NCBI GenBank assembly: GCA_017935745.1
Contig: JAGBGX010000016.1
Location: 831 to 64,830, forward strand
Direction: 5' to 3'
DNA length: 64,000 bases
Source of the DNA: Treponema sp.
GTDB taxonomy: Bacteria; Spirochaetota; Spirochaetia; Treponematales; Treponemataceae
The position numbers and the translations under genes are program-made. Of the stretch, positions 1 through 8,470 are shown piece after piece (within the stretch, counting starts at the first letter, position 1; every line of letters starts with the position of its first letter). The notes below the pieces were generated by a model. The model did no database searches. It was given only the letters and a program-made list of their open reading frames with translations, and was not told the DNA's origin.

Positions 1-275
1 ATAATGCCGAGCATACACAGTCCAAGACAGGCTATCTGATATGCCTTAGGCTTGCACGGCTCCATAAAAATATGGCAGAAATGTTCGTTTACAAAACTAC
101 CGTAAGCTGTTGCAATGGCAATCAGGAAAGCGGCAAGAAACACAGAACGTTGCCACAGGTGATCAAGCTCAAAGTCCCGGCAGTGAAACAGCTCGTCATA
201 AATGTCTCTGACAGTAATTTTCCCATTACTAGTACCGTTTCCACTGCCTTGGCTGGTATTACCAGTTTGATTCAT
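1..275 (-). CDS. Small membrane protein, 3' end outside window; resembles RipA/8xMP-type membrane proteins
   Basis: Absent from the ORF track because it runs off the edge. Manual translation from ATG 275 (AAGGAG RBS at 282-287): MNQTGNTSQG...IYDELFHCRDFELDHLWQRSVFLAAFLIAIATAYG...IACLGLCMLGI. Family match is from memory of the R-x-FE-x-x-x-x-WQR-TM motif. Confidence 0.6.
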   Translation of the reverse strand, partial: MNQTGNTSQGSGNGTSNGKITVRDIYDELFHCRDFELDHLWQRSVFLAAFLIAIATAYGSFVNEHFCHIFMEPCKPKAYQIACLGLCMLGI

Positions 276-301
276 ACATATCTCCTTGCATTATCAAATA
301 A

Positions 302-802
302 TTACAGATCTTTGAGCTTTGGATTAACCTCAGCCTTTATAGCTGCATACGAAAGAGGCACTACTTTACTTCTAAGATAAGCTCCTTTCGGAGTCTTTAC
401 GTACATTTCATCACGGTTGCTATATACAGTATATTCACCCACCTTCAGCACCGCAGCGTCAGTCCTTCTAATAAAATCTGCAACTGTATCTCTTTCCACT
501 GCATCGCTATCCCCAAATAGAGCATTATAAATCACACTAGGGTCAAGCGGATTTATTTCAAACAACAAAACGCACTCCTCCTCATGCCCCTTAACTCCAA
601 AAATAAAAGAACCATATCCAAGCACACTCTCCTCTTCACTGGCAAAATATGAATACCCTTCCTCTCCTTCTGGAAAGGATTGTTGACTAAGTGACTCCAC
701 AAACAAAAATAGAATCTGTTTTTTTTCTTCATACGTATCAGCAAACACTGCTGCTGAGCTAAGCAACATGCAAGCCGCCAATATAAACGCCTTCATTTTC
801 AT
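302..802 (-). CDS. Hypothetical secreted protein
   Basis: Signal peptide MKMKAFILAACMLLSSAAVFA; GGAGG RBS upstream; AT-rich. Confidence 0.7.
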   Translation of the reverse strand: MKMKAFILAACMLLSSAAVFADTYEEKKQILFLFVESLSQQSFPEGEEGYSYFASEEESVLGYGSFIFGVKGHEEECVLLFEINPLDPSVIYNALFGDSDAVERDTVADFIRRTDAAVLKVGEYTVYSNRDEMYVKTPKGAYLRSKVVPLSYAAIKAEVNPKLKDL

Positions 803-845
803 ACTTTCCTCCACTGCGCCGCACTAAATAAAGTATACGCTTACG

Positions 846-899
846 CTTAATTAAGTATTCAGGAATTTCACTATACCACTTAATTAAGTGTATTGTCAA
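846..899 (-). promoter_or_regulatory. Sigma70-type promoter with palindromic operators
   Basis: TTGACA (899-894), N18, TATAGT (875-870). Palindrome CACTTAATTAAGTG (877-890) lies in the spacer; second CTTAATTAAG at 846-855. Confidence 0.6.
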
Positions 900-932
900 G
901 TTTATAATCATTTAATAAAGTACAATCAGAGC

Positions 933-1250
933 ATGGATTTTGCGGAAAATCTAAAGGAACTGCTTGATGAAAAAGACATTATGGTAAAGGAGCTTTCCGC
1001 TGGAACAGGAATCAGCAAAAACACGCTGGAAAACTATCTTTCCGGGCAGAAGTCAATTCCGAATGCAGAAAATGCTGTAAAAATTGCACAGTTCATGGGA
1101 ACAACAGTTGAATTCCTTGTGACAGGAGAATCAAAAAGCCGTCCTCCCAAGCCCGATGAAGAAACGCAGCTTTTGCGCAGCCTCAAAAAGCTCAGGCGGG
1201 AAGATTTTGTTTCAATAAAAACGATCGTGGAGTCATTACTGTCAAAATAG
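933..1250 (+). CDS. XRE-family helix-turn-helix transcriptional regulator
   Basis: MDFAENLKELLDEKDIMVKELSAGTGISKNTLENYLSGQKSIPNAENAVKIAQFMGTTVEFL, a typical Cro/CI HTH. Confidence 0.9.
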   Translation: MDFAENLKELLDEKDIMVKELSAGTGISKNTLENYLSGQKSIPNAENAVKIAQFMGTTVEFLVTGESKSRPPKPDEETQLLRSLKKLRREDFVSIKTIVESLLSK

Positions 1251-1317
1251 CGCACTTCCGGCTGACACAAGGGTGCTTTTTCACTAAACTATTTTATAGA
1301 AGATTTTGGAGGATTTT

Positions 1318-1884
1318 ATGAGAAAAAATTTCGGTGCAAAGGAATGGCTGTACCCTATGCCGGTCCTTATCATTGCCTCTTACGGAAGCGACGGAACGCC
1401 AGACGCCATGAACGCCGCCTGGGGCTCAATCAGCGATGACAAGCAAATCGGAATCTGCGTGAGCGCTTCACACAAGACAGTGCAGAACATACAGGAGCGC
1501 AAGGCGTTCACGGTAAGCGTGGGAACGGCTGATTTTGTGACTGAATGCGACTACGTGGGCATCGTTTCGGCAAACGACAATCCGGCAAAATTTGAACAGT
1601 CTGGATTTCATGCGCAAAAGTCGGAATTTGTTGACGCGCCGCTTATCCAGGAGCTTCCGTTCGCCCTTGAATGCAAGCTGATAAGCTACGACAAGCAGTC
1701 AAGCCACCTTTTCGGCGAAATTGTAAATGTAAGCATTGATGAGCGCATACTGACAGGCAGCGGAACAGTCGATGTTAAAAAGCTCAGTCCCATTGCCTTT
1801 GACCCGGTAAACCATACGTACCTGACGCTCGGCGAATCTGCCGGAAAAGCGTTCAGCATAGGGCTTGCGCTCAAAAACAGCTGA
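1318..1884 (+). CDS. Flavin reductase family protein (flavoredoxin-like)
   Basis: LYPMPVLIIASY...NAMNAAWG...APLIQELPFALEC...LFGEIV motifs. Confidence 0.9.
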   Translation: MRKNFGAKEWLYPMPVLIIASYGSDGTPDAMNAAWGSISDDKQIGICVSASHKTVQNIQERKAFTVSVGTADFVTECDYVGIVSANDNPAKFEQSGFHAQKSEFVDAPLIQELPFALECKLISYDKQSSHLFGEIVNVSIDERILTGSGTVDVKKLSPIAFDPVNHTYLTLGESAGKAFSIGLALKNS

Positions 1885-1943
1885 AACCAGCAGGCTGGCA
1901 CGCGCTTATCCTGCCAGTCTGGCTCAGGACATGTATCTCTGAT

Positions 1944-3236
1944 TTACGGCAGCTTGTTGCTTTCGGAAGAATCAAGCTTCATATAATACGAATCGACGAT
2001 TCTGCGTATGTCGTGAATATTTGAAACAATCATATGGTCTTCAAAAATTTCAATCTTGCCTCTGTCCATGAGCTTTAAAAGCTCGACTTTTGCCCGCGCC
2101 TGGGAGACAGCGGCCCAGCTTGCAATATCATTCACTGTGATGTTGAATTTGCGCTTGAAGCTTCCGCTGCCGTCATTTCTCCGCGAGGCTCCGCCGGAAA
2201 GCTCTTCATACATAAGGAACACATCGCAAATTCTGGCCGGAATTTCCTTTATCAGTATGATTTTAAACTGCCTGTTCTGGTCATAAATCCGCTTGCAAAA
2301 AAGCTTGAGCAGATTCATGACAATCTGCGGATTTCCGAGGACAAGCGTCTTGAAATTTTCCTTGTTGAATTCAAGGCAGGAAACATCAGTTCTGGCTATG
2401 CACGATGCGCTCCGCTGCGAATTGTCAAGGATTGCCATTTCCCCGAAAAACGCGCCGCTGCTGAGAATGTCAAGGCTTTTGTTATGGTCTTTAATGCACT
2501 TTGTAATCTGGACTTCGCCCTGGGTAATCAGATAGAATGTTTCGCCAGGCTCAAATTCGCTTATGATGACATCTCCCGCCTTATACTGCTTGGTGAAGCG
2601 TCCAAAGGCAGGCAGGGAAAACTGATTCAAGGAAGAAGCGGAAGCTCCTGCTGCGGACTCCTGCGGATACTGATTTCTCAGCCGCGCTTTTTCCGCACGG
2701 CCGCGCGAGTCAGAAAAAAGCCTCAGTATGCTTTCCCTGTTTGAAGGGCTGGGATTGATTTTGAGAATCCGCGAAAGCACATCGCAGCAGCTTTTGAACT
2801 GCCCGTCATTGTAAAATCCCTGCGCCACCATCATCATTCCGACTTCCGGGGAAATCGCAATAATGTCGCTGTGCAGAAACTGCTCCATTTTCCTGTGGAT
2901 TTCACGCAGCGACTTGCTGAAGACACGGAGCATTTTTTCAGTAATAATGCTCTTTGAGCCGAACATCTGCTCAAATTCAAGAACCGTCAGCTGAACGACA
3001 ACTGAGTCAACAAGCACCGATGCGGTCACCAGGCTCGGCATGCGGGCAAGTGCGCTTTTCACGCCGAAAAATTCCCCGATCCGAAGCTGCTCTGAAATTT
3101 GCGTTCCTGTTTCCAAGTCCATGCTTCTCAAGGCGACCGCGCCTGACTGCAAAATGTAAATGTTTTCGTCCTTGTCGCCTTCAAAAAATATAATCGATCC
3201 CTTGGTAAACTGAACTGTCCGCGGCATGAAAATCAC
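1944..3236 (-). CDS. Crp/Fnr-family regulator with two cNMP-binding domains
   Basis: Two cNMP domains (GEFFGVKSAL...; GAFFGEMAILDNSQRSAS), helical linker, C-terminal HTH-like segment. Confidence 0.85.
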   Translation of the reverse strand: MIFMPRTVQFTKGSIIFFEGDKDENIYILQSGAVALRSMDLETGTQISEQLRIGEFFGVKSALARMPSLVTASVLVDSVVVQLTVLEFEQMFGSKSIITEKMLRVFSKSLREIHRKMEQFLHSDIIAISPEVGMMMVAQGFYNDGQFKSCCDVLSRILKINPSPSNRESILRLFSDSRGRAEKARLRNQYPQESAAGASASSLNQFSLPAFGRFTKQYKAGDVIISEFEPGETFYLITQGEVQITKCIKDHNKSLDILSSGAFFGEMAILDNSQRSASCIARTDVSCLEFNKENFKTLVLGNPQIVMNLLKLFCKRIYDQNRQFKIILIKEIPARICDVFLMYEELSGGASRRNDGSGSFKRKFNITVNDIASWAAVSQARAKVELLKLMDRGKIEIFEDHMIVSNIHDIRRIVDSYYMKLDSSESNKLP

Positions 3237-3384
3237 ATCCTCCAGGCTTTCTTTTCATAGATCAAGCTGACTCCATGTCAAGCCTGACCCAAGAACTGCT
3301 TTGCACTCCCGTAAAAGCGGCTTTTTAAAAGCATATCGCTTCACTCTAGCATATTTTTTAAATTTATTCTACATTTTACAGTGA

Positions 3385-3637
3385 TTATTGAGCGTTTAAA
3401 ATCATCCGCTGAAATGGCGCGGCTGATTTTAACTACAGTTTCTTACGAAACTGTCCTATTGACATATGTGCGAGGCAGACACTGCCTCGCACATGAAAAC
3501 ATCATTTCTCGATTCTGAAGAATCGTTCAATGATGTTTTTTAAGGAATGTTTAAAATCAGCTACTGAAATGGCGCGGCTGATTTTAACTTGCAGTTTGCA
3601 AAACAAACTGTCTTATTGATTTTAGGAACATTTAAAA
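3385..3637. repeat. Composite intergenic repeat: two ~70 bp direct units with internal hairpins flanking two extra hairpins
   Basis: Units 3394-3462 and 3549-3619 share CTGAAATGGCGCGGCTGATTTTAACT and AAACTGTC-TATTGA. 13-bp-stem hairpin at 3466-3494; nested hairpin at 3496-3539. Confidence 0.85.
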
Positions 3638-3651
3638 ACTGCGGACATACA

Positions 3652-4530
3652 ATGATAGACTTGCACACTCATTCTTCAGCATCAGACGGAACATACGGGC
3701 CTTCCCAGCTGATAGATTACGCGGCGCAGAAAAACCTGACTGCGCTGGCCCTTACAGACCACGACACCGTTGACGGAATTCTGGAAGCGCAGGAGCAGGC
3801 GCGCAGGTGCGGCATTGCCTTTATTCCAGGAATTGAAATTTCTGTGGAATGGCCGACGGGAGAATTCCACCTGCTCGGACTGGGGCTTAAGACGCTTTCT
3901 CCAGAACTCGCAAAGCTTATCCGCTTTCTGAGGGCGGAACGGGATTCCCGGAACAGAAAAATAGCGAAAAAACTGCGGGAACAGCATATCAGCATAACGT
4001 ATGAAGAAGTTGCTGAAAAGGCAGGAACAAATACAGTCGGGCGTCCGCACTTTGCAAGTATTCTGGCGGAAAAAGGCATCGTGAAGGAACGCAAGGAGGC
4101 TTTTGACCGCTTTCTTGCAAAAGGGCGGCCGTGCTACGTAAGCAGGACAGGCGCCGACCTGAATGATGCGGTAAACGCAATAAAAACGTCCGGCGGAATT
4201 CCCGTGCAGGCACATCCGCTTTCCATGTATGTTTCATGGGGAAAAATGGAAGAAACGCTGGCAGATATCCGCGCTCAGGGAGTGGAAGGGCTTGAAGCGT
4301 ACCATCCGGCAATACGCAGAGCAGAATCAGCCAGGCTTGAGTCCCTTGCAAAAAAACTCGGCATGATTGCAACAGCCGGAAGCGACTTTCACGGAAAGCA
4401 AGTCAGAGCAGACCGGGAAATAGGATTTACAGCCGGAGATATGCAGATTGAAGACAGGTTCTGGCTTGCAGAGCTACAGCCTGCCCTCGAAAAAATACAC
4501 AGCGGGACAGACCATAGCTTTGCTCTGTAA
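3652..4530 (+). CDS. PHP-domain phosphoesterase (TrpH/YciV-like)
   Basis: MIDLHTHSSASDG, LTDHDT, GIEIS, HLLG, GRPH, AHP, GSDFHG. Confidence 0.92.
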   Translation: MIDLHTHSSASDGTYGPSQLIDYAAQKNLTALALTDHDTVDGILEAQEQARRCGIAFIPGIEISVEWPTGEFHLLGLGLKTLSPELAKLIRFLRAERDSRNRKIAKKLREQHISITYEEVAEKAGTNTVGRPHFASILAEKGIVKERKEAFDRFLAKGRPCYVSRTGADLNDAVNAIKTSGGIPVQAHPLSMYVSWGKMEETLADIRAQGVEGLEAYHPAIRRAESARLESLAKKLGMIATAGSDFHGKQVRADREIGFTAGDMQIEDRFWLAELQPALEKIHSGTDHSFAL

Positions 4531-4532
4531 AG

Positions 4533-4949
4533 CTATTTTACAGCAAGAAGCGCACCCAGAATGACAAGATGCTGGGCAAGCATATACAGCCAGCCAAGGA
4601 AATTCCCGGCACCGCCAGAAAGAATTCCTCTGAAGCCGACAATGTCAGCAAGCACAATTGCAATCACCCAGACAATGATTGCTATAAAGGCAAGAACAGA
4701 GCCAAAACTGCCGAACCTGTCGCCGATAATCAGCTTGAGAATCATAAAGATTCCGACTAAAAGCTCAATCACGCCGAACACAACTGCAAGAATGCTTGCC
4801 AGATCGCCTGAGAAAACAGACTTAATTGATTTTACCGCAAAGTCGCCGCCGCCCTGCAAGGCATAAATTCCGCCGACTGCAAGCATCACGCCGACTGCAA
4901 GCTGCAAGATTACAAGCGCGGCTGACCACGTTCCTTTTTCATTTCTCAT
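4533..4949 (-). CDS. Hypothetical 4-TM membrane protein
   Basis: Four hydrophobic segments; GGAGG RBS. Confidence 0.75.
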   Translation of the reverse strand: MRNEKGTWSAALVILQLAVGVMLAVGGIYALQGGGDFAVKSIKSVFSGDLASILAVVFGVIELLVGIFMILKLIIGDRFGSFGSVLAFIAIIVWVIAIVLADIVGFRGILSGGAGNFLGWLYMLAQHLVILGALLAVK

Positions 4950-5136
4950 AGAAACCTCCTGTTTATATCTTTAAAAATATAACAGGCTTTCATGAAAATT
5001 CAACATATAAATGCAGTTTTTTTTCCTTTTTTTGCAGAGCTGCCAGACGGAAGATGGCACAGCCGCCTGCCGTATAAACGTACAGCAGGCAGCTGAAAAA
5101 AACAGGAACTGCTAGTTTCCGGCAGAAGTCTGAGAA

Positions 5137-6123
5137 TCAGTCAACATCGAGATCTTTCAAATCAACAGGATCACTCATTGATGTAATCATCCAACCAAGC
5201 CTTTTTGAAGAAGGAACTGATAGAGACCATCTTCTTTGCACCATGATAGTGTTACAGTCGTACCTGTTTGCATTTTCAAGCCACTTTTTGTATTCGCCTA
5301 AAGTGCCGTCCATAAGACCAATTGTATCAAATATTTTATTATCACTTTTATCTATATAACTATAATAAAGATCGCCTCCAATCCACTGTGTATATGAACG
5401 CCAGTGATCAGGATCTCCTACACAAACAGCAGCACCGTCACAGTTTTCCGCCTTCTTGGCTCCCTGAGGAAAGGCGAACTGTATATCAGGATCTTTAAAG
5501 TGAATAAAAATCACAGGTTTTTCTTCCGAATTGCCTTCACTATCCGTAAAGTCACCATTTTTTTCTGGAGAATACATTGTAACCACAGGCTTAAAATCGC
5601 TCCTGCTGGCTTTGATTCTTCCAAGGCCGCCAACTGCTGTAACGGTAACATGATCAGTGACAATATTCTTTCTCCAGTCAAGAGCACTATGATCAGAAGG
5701 ATCAAAGTCTACATCAATTGTGTATGTTTTTCCCGGCTCAACAAGCGGATACACAAGACCGTCCATATCTTCCATATCAACAGGACTTGCTTCCGGCGTA
5801 ATAGTGCCATCAGATTCTGCCGGATTACACCAAATATTGATATGCCCCACGCCGCCTAATTTCTCGATGCTGTCAGGAACTCTTATGTTAAAGTGAATGC
5901 CGTCACTTTCCGCCCATGCAGTCACTGCCTTGCGGCCGTCAGATGAAAGCAGCTCGCCTGAAACTGCCCCTTCCGGCTGAAAACCATTTGCACTGGAATT
6001 TCCTGAAGCTTCAGTATTTGAACCAAAACTGCCTGAGCCTGAATCCGAGCCGTCCGAGCAGGAAACAAACACCGCCGCTGCCATAATCAGGGCCGAAACA
6101 AATGAGAGCGCGCTTTTTTTCAT
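5137..6123 (-). CDS. Spirochaetal lipoprotein of unknown function
   Basis: MKKSALSFVSALIMAAAVFVS-C lipobox followed by a Ser/Gly-rich tether. Confidence 0.85.
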   Translation of the reverse strand: MKKSALSFVSALIMAAAVFVSCSDGSDSGSGSFGSNTEASGNSSANGFQPEGAVSGELLSSDGRKAVTAWAESDGIHFNIRVPDSIEKLGGVGHINIWCNPAESDGTITPEASPVDMEDMDGLVYPLVEPGKTYTIDVDFDPSDHSALDWRKNIVTDHVTVTAVGGLGRIKASRSDFKPVVTMYSPEKNGDFTDSEGNSEEKPVIFIHFKDPDIQFAFPQGAKKAENCDGAAVCVGDPDHWRSYTQWIGGDLYYSYIDKSDNKIFDTIGLMDGTLGEYKKWLENANRYDCNTIMVQRRWSLSVPSSKRLGWMITSMSDPVDLKDLDVD

Positions 6124-6155
6124 AAAAAGCCTCCGTAGAATGAAATTTCACTTCC

Positions 6156-6182
6156 ATTCTACCCCCCCCCGATTTTTGTCAA
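6156..6182 (-). promoter_or_regulatory. Promoter with G9 in the -35/-10 spacer
   Basis: TTGACA-AAAATC-G9-TAGAAT (spacer 15), 33 nt upstream of the lipoprotein ATG. Confidence 0.75.
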
Positions 6183-6232
6183 GCCCCCTGCGTCAGTTTC
6201 CTGTCCTTTACTGTGCAACAGGCCTGGAGGCT

Positions 6233-7039
6233 TTATAACGGGAACGGCTTCTTTCTGAGGATTTCAAGGACGCCTTTGTCTGCTCCAAACGGAACAATGC
6301 TTGGCTGCTCATACACCGGGCTTATGACGATGCCAAGGTCAAGGCAGTGAATCAAAAATTCCCGATACCGCTCCTGCGGAACTTTCGGATGCAGGTACGG
6401 CCCCGTGCGCTCCCAGTACGGCACAACAGCCTTGTCGTATATGAACCAGTCTTTTTCCTGCCGCTCCTGAATTGCTGCAATAAGGTTGTACAGCGAGCGG
6501 GCAACGGCAGCTTCAACAGGAGACGGAAGCTTTATGTTTCTTTTAAAAGCGCCGGGATTTTCATGCGCAAGCTCATCCTTCACTGCAAGAATAAAAATTC
6601 CGCTTGTCCACGGCAGCGGCGGCTCAAGCATAATGCAGTCAATGCTGTCAAAGTCAACCTGGGCTGCCCATGGCTTCCAAAACAGCGTGCTGTGCGGACT
6701 TATGGACAGAGCGCAGGAAAGGCAGTCCTGCCTGTGCGAAAACAGAAAGACACAGCGGTGCGCGCCGAAAAACAAGCTGCTGTTAAACAGACTGTTTACT
6801 GCCTTTTCCAGACGGCCGGAAAAACAGGTTTTAAAGCTTCCCGTTGCGCCGCGGTCAAGCGCATTTTTCAGCATAGTGAAGGCAGAACTTCCGCCCCAGC
6901 CTAAAATGGCCCGCCCGTTTTCCTGATACAAGTCAGTCAGCCGCCGCCCCTTCTGTGTATACAAAAACGGCCCGCGCGCACGCTTTACATTTCCGTAGCG
7001 GAGAAAAACAGCTTCCGCTAAAAAATCAGTTTCATTCAT
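6233..7039 (-). CDS. Hypothetical protein, degenerate PLP-aminotransferase-like
   Basis: RARGPFLYTQKGRRLTDLY resembles class-III aminotransferase N-termini; protein is short (268 aa). Confidence 0.6.
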   Translation of the reverse strand: MNETDFLAEAVFLRYGNVKRARGPFLYTQKGRRLTDLYQENGRAILGWGGSSAFTMLKNALDRGATGSFKTCFSGRLEKAVNSLFNSSLFFGAHRCVFLFSHRQDCLSCALSISPHSTLFWKPWAAQVDFDSIDCIMLEPPLPWTSGIFILAVKDELAHENPGAFKRNIKLPSPVEAAVARSLYNLIAAIQERQEKDWFIYDKAVVPYWERTGPYLHPKVPQERYREFLIHCLDLGIVISPVYEQPSIVPFGADKGVLEILRKKPFPL

Positions 7040-7072
7040 TTCAGCTGATTATACAGGAAAAAGCACGCAATG

Positions 7073-8470
7073 TCATTTGCCGACACAAAAACGGCTGAAA
7101 ATAGTTTCAAGCACATCGTCAGGAGAAACTTCGCCGGTAACTTCCCCGAGGCTTGCAAGCGCGTCCTCCAGATCCTGAACAACGGCATCAAGCCCGTAGC
7201 TGGCAGTGCGGGAAATTTCCAGGGCGTGAGTTATGCGCTCCAAGGCTTCTTCAACTGAGTTTTTCTGGCGTTCTGAACCAAGGCCGGCCTGTTCCCGCTC
7301 CGTGAATTCCGTGCCGAGAATCAGTTTTTTTATCTTCAGAATCAGGCTTTCAATTCCTGCTCCGCTTTTTGCTGAGACGGCAGCAGTCTCGCGCCACGCC
7401 TTCTTCATCTCAGTTACATTTGAAATTTCAGCCTTGTCACATTTGTTCAGAACAAGTATGAGCGGAACTGCCGGATGCGACTCCATGAAGCTGATGTCAT
7501 CGGCTGAAATTCCGGCGGAAGCGTCAACAAGATAGAGAATGACATCCGCGCCCGCGCTCAAGTCCTTTGCAAGCTCCACGCCTTTCGCTTCTACCGCATC
7601 GTCAGTGCTGCGAATTCCGGCAGTGTCAAAAAGCCGCACTGGAATTCCTGAAAAGTCCGCCCAGCTTTCAAGCCAGTCGCGTGTTGTTCCTTCAGTGCTG
7701 CTTACAATCGCCCGCTCTTCCTTTAAAAGCGAATTGAACAGGCTCGATTTTCCGGCGTTCGTTTTTCCGCACAGCACAACTTTTGCGCCGTCCTGATATA
7801 TTTTTTCAGCTCTCCACGAGGAAGCAAGATCCGAAAGCTGTTTCTGCGCCTGCTCCAGAAAAGACGGATCAAACGAATCTGAAACAGTTTCTTCATCCTC
7901 AGGATATTCAATTTCAACTTCAATGGCGCTCAGCGTGTCAAGAATCAGCTTCTTGACTGAATCAATCTGATTGAAAAGAGAACCGCACAGACGGCCGGCC
8001 GCACGGCTTCTGGAGCTGTCCGTCTTGCTGTCGATAATTTCCTTTACAGCCTCAGCTCTGGTCAAGTCAGTTTTTCCGTTGACATACGCCCTGAAAGTGA
8101 ATTCGCCGCGCTCAGCCTTTCTAAAGCCGTTTTCAAGCAGAAGTGAAAAAACTGCTGTGACAACGCTTATTCCGCCGTGACAAAAAATTTCAACCATGTC
8201 TTCGCCGGTAAACGATCTGGGGCTTCTGTAGACCGCTGCCATCACTTCGTCAATTCTGCGTTCTTTTTCAGGAAGAGCCGGATTTACAATCCAGCCGTGA
8301 ACAAGCGAATTTCCCGGCGCGCGCATGACAGCTTCCGCACGTGAAAAAATCCTGCTGAAAAGAGTGATGCTGTTCTTTCCGCTCGCACGGACAATTCCAA
8401 TCGCGCCAGGAGCCAAGGCTGTCGCAATGGCAGCAATCGGCTCGTCAGGAACATACCTGGGCCTATTCAT
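7073..8470 (-). CDS. mnmE: tRNA modification GTPase MnmE/TrmE
   Basis: EPIAAIAT..G.GAIGIVRASG, SFTGEDMVEIFCHGG, GKTNAGKSS, GTTRD, DTAG, NKCD, C-terminal FSRFCVGK. Confidence 0.98.
   Translation of the reverse strand: MNRPRYVPDEPIAAIATALAPGAIGIVRASGKNSITLFSRIFSRAEAVMRAPGNSLVHGWIVNPALPEKERRIDEVMAAVYRSPRSFTGEDMVEIFCHGGISVVTAVFSLLLENGFRKAERGEFTFRAYVNGKTDLTRAEAVKEIIDSKTDSSRSRAAGRLCGSLFNQIDSVKKLILDTLSAIEVEIEYPEDEETVSDSFDPSFLEQAQKQLSDLASSWRAEKIYQDGAKVVLCGKTNAGKSSLFNSLLKEERAIVSSTEGTTRDWLESWADFSGIPVRLFDTAGIRSTDDAVEAKGVELAKDLSAGADVILYLVDASAGISADDISFMESHPAVPLILVLNKCDKAEISNVTEMKKAWRETAAVSAKSGAGIESLILKIKKLILGTEFTEREQAGLGSERQKNSVEEALERITHALEISRTASYGLDAVVQDLEDALASLGEVTGEVSPDDVLETIFSRFCVGK

Noticed and set aside
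3385-3637. CRISPR array
   Set aside because: Only two ~70-bp units, the spacer is itself palindromic, and there are no cas genes.
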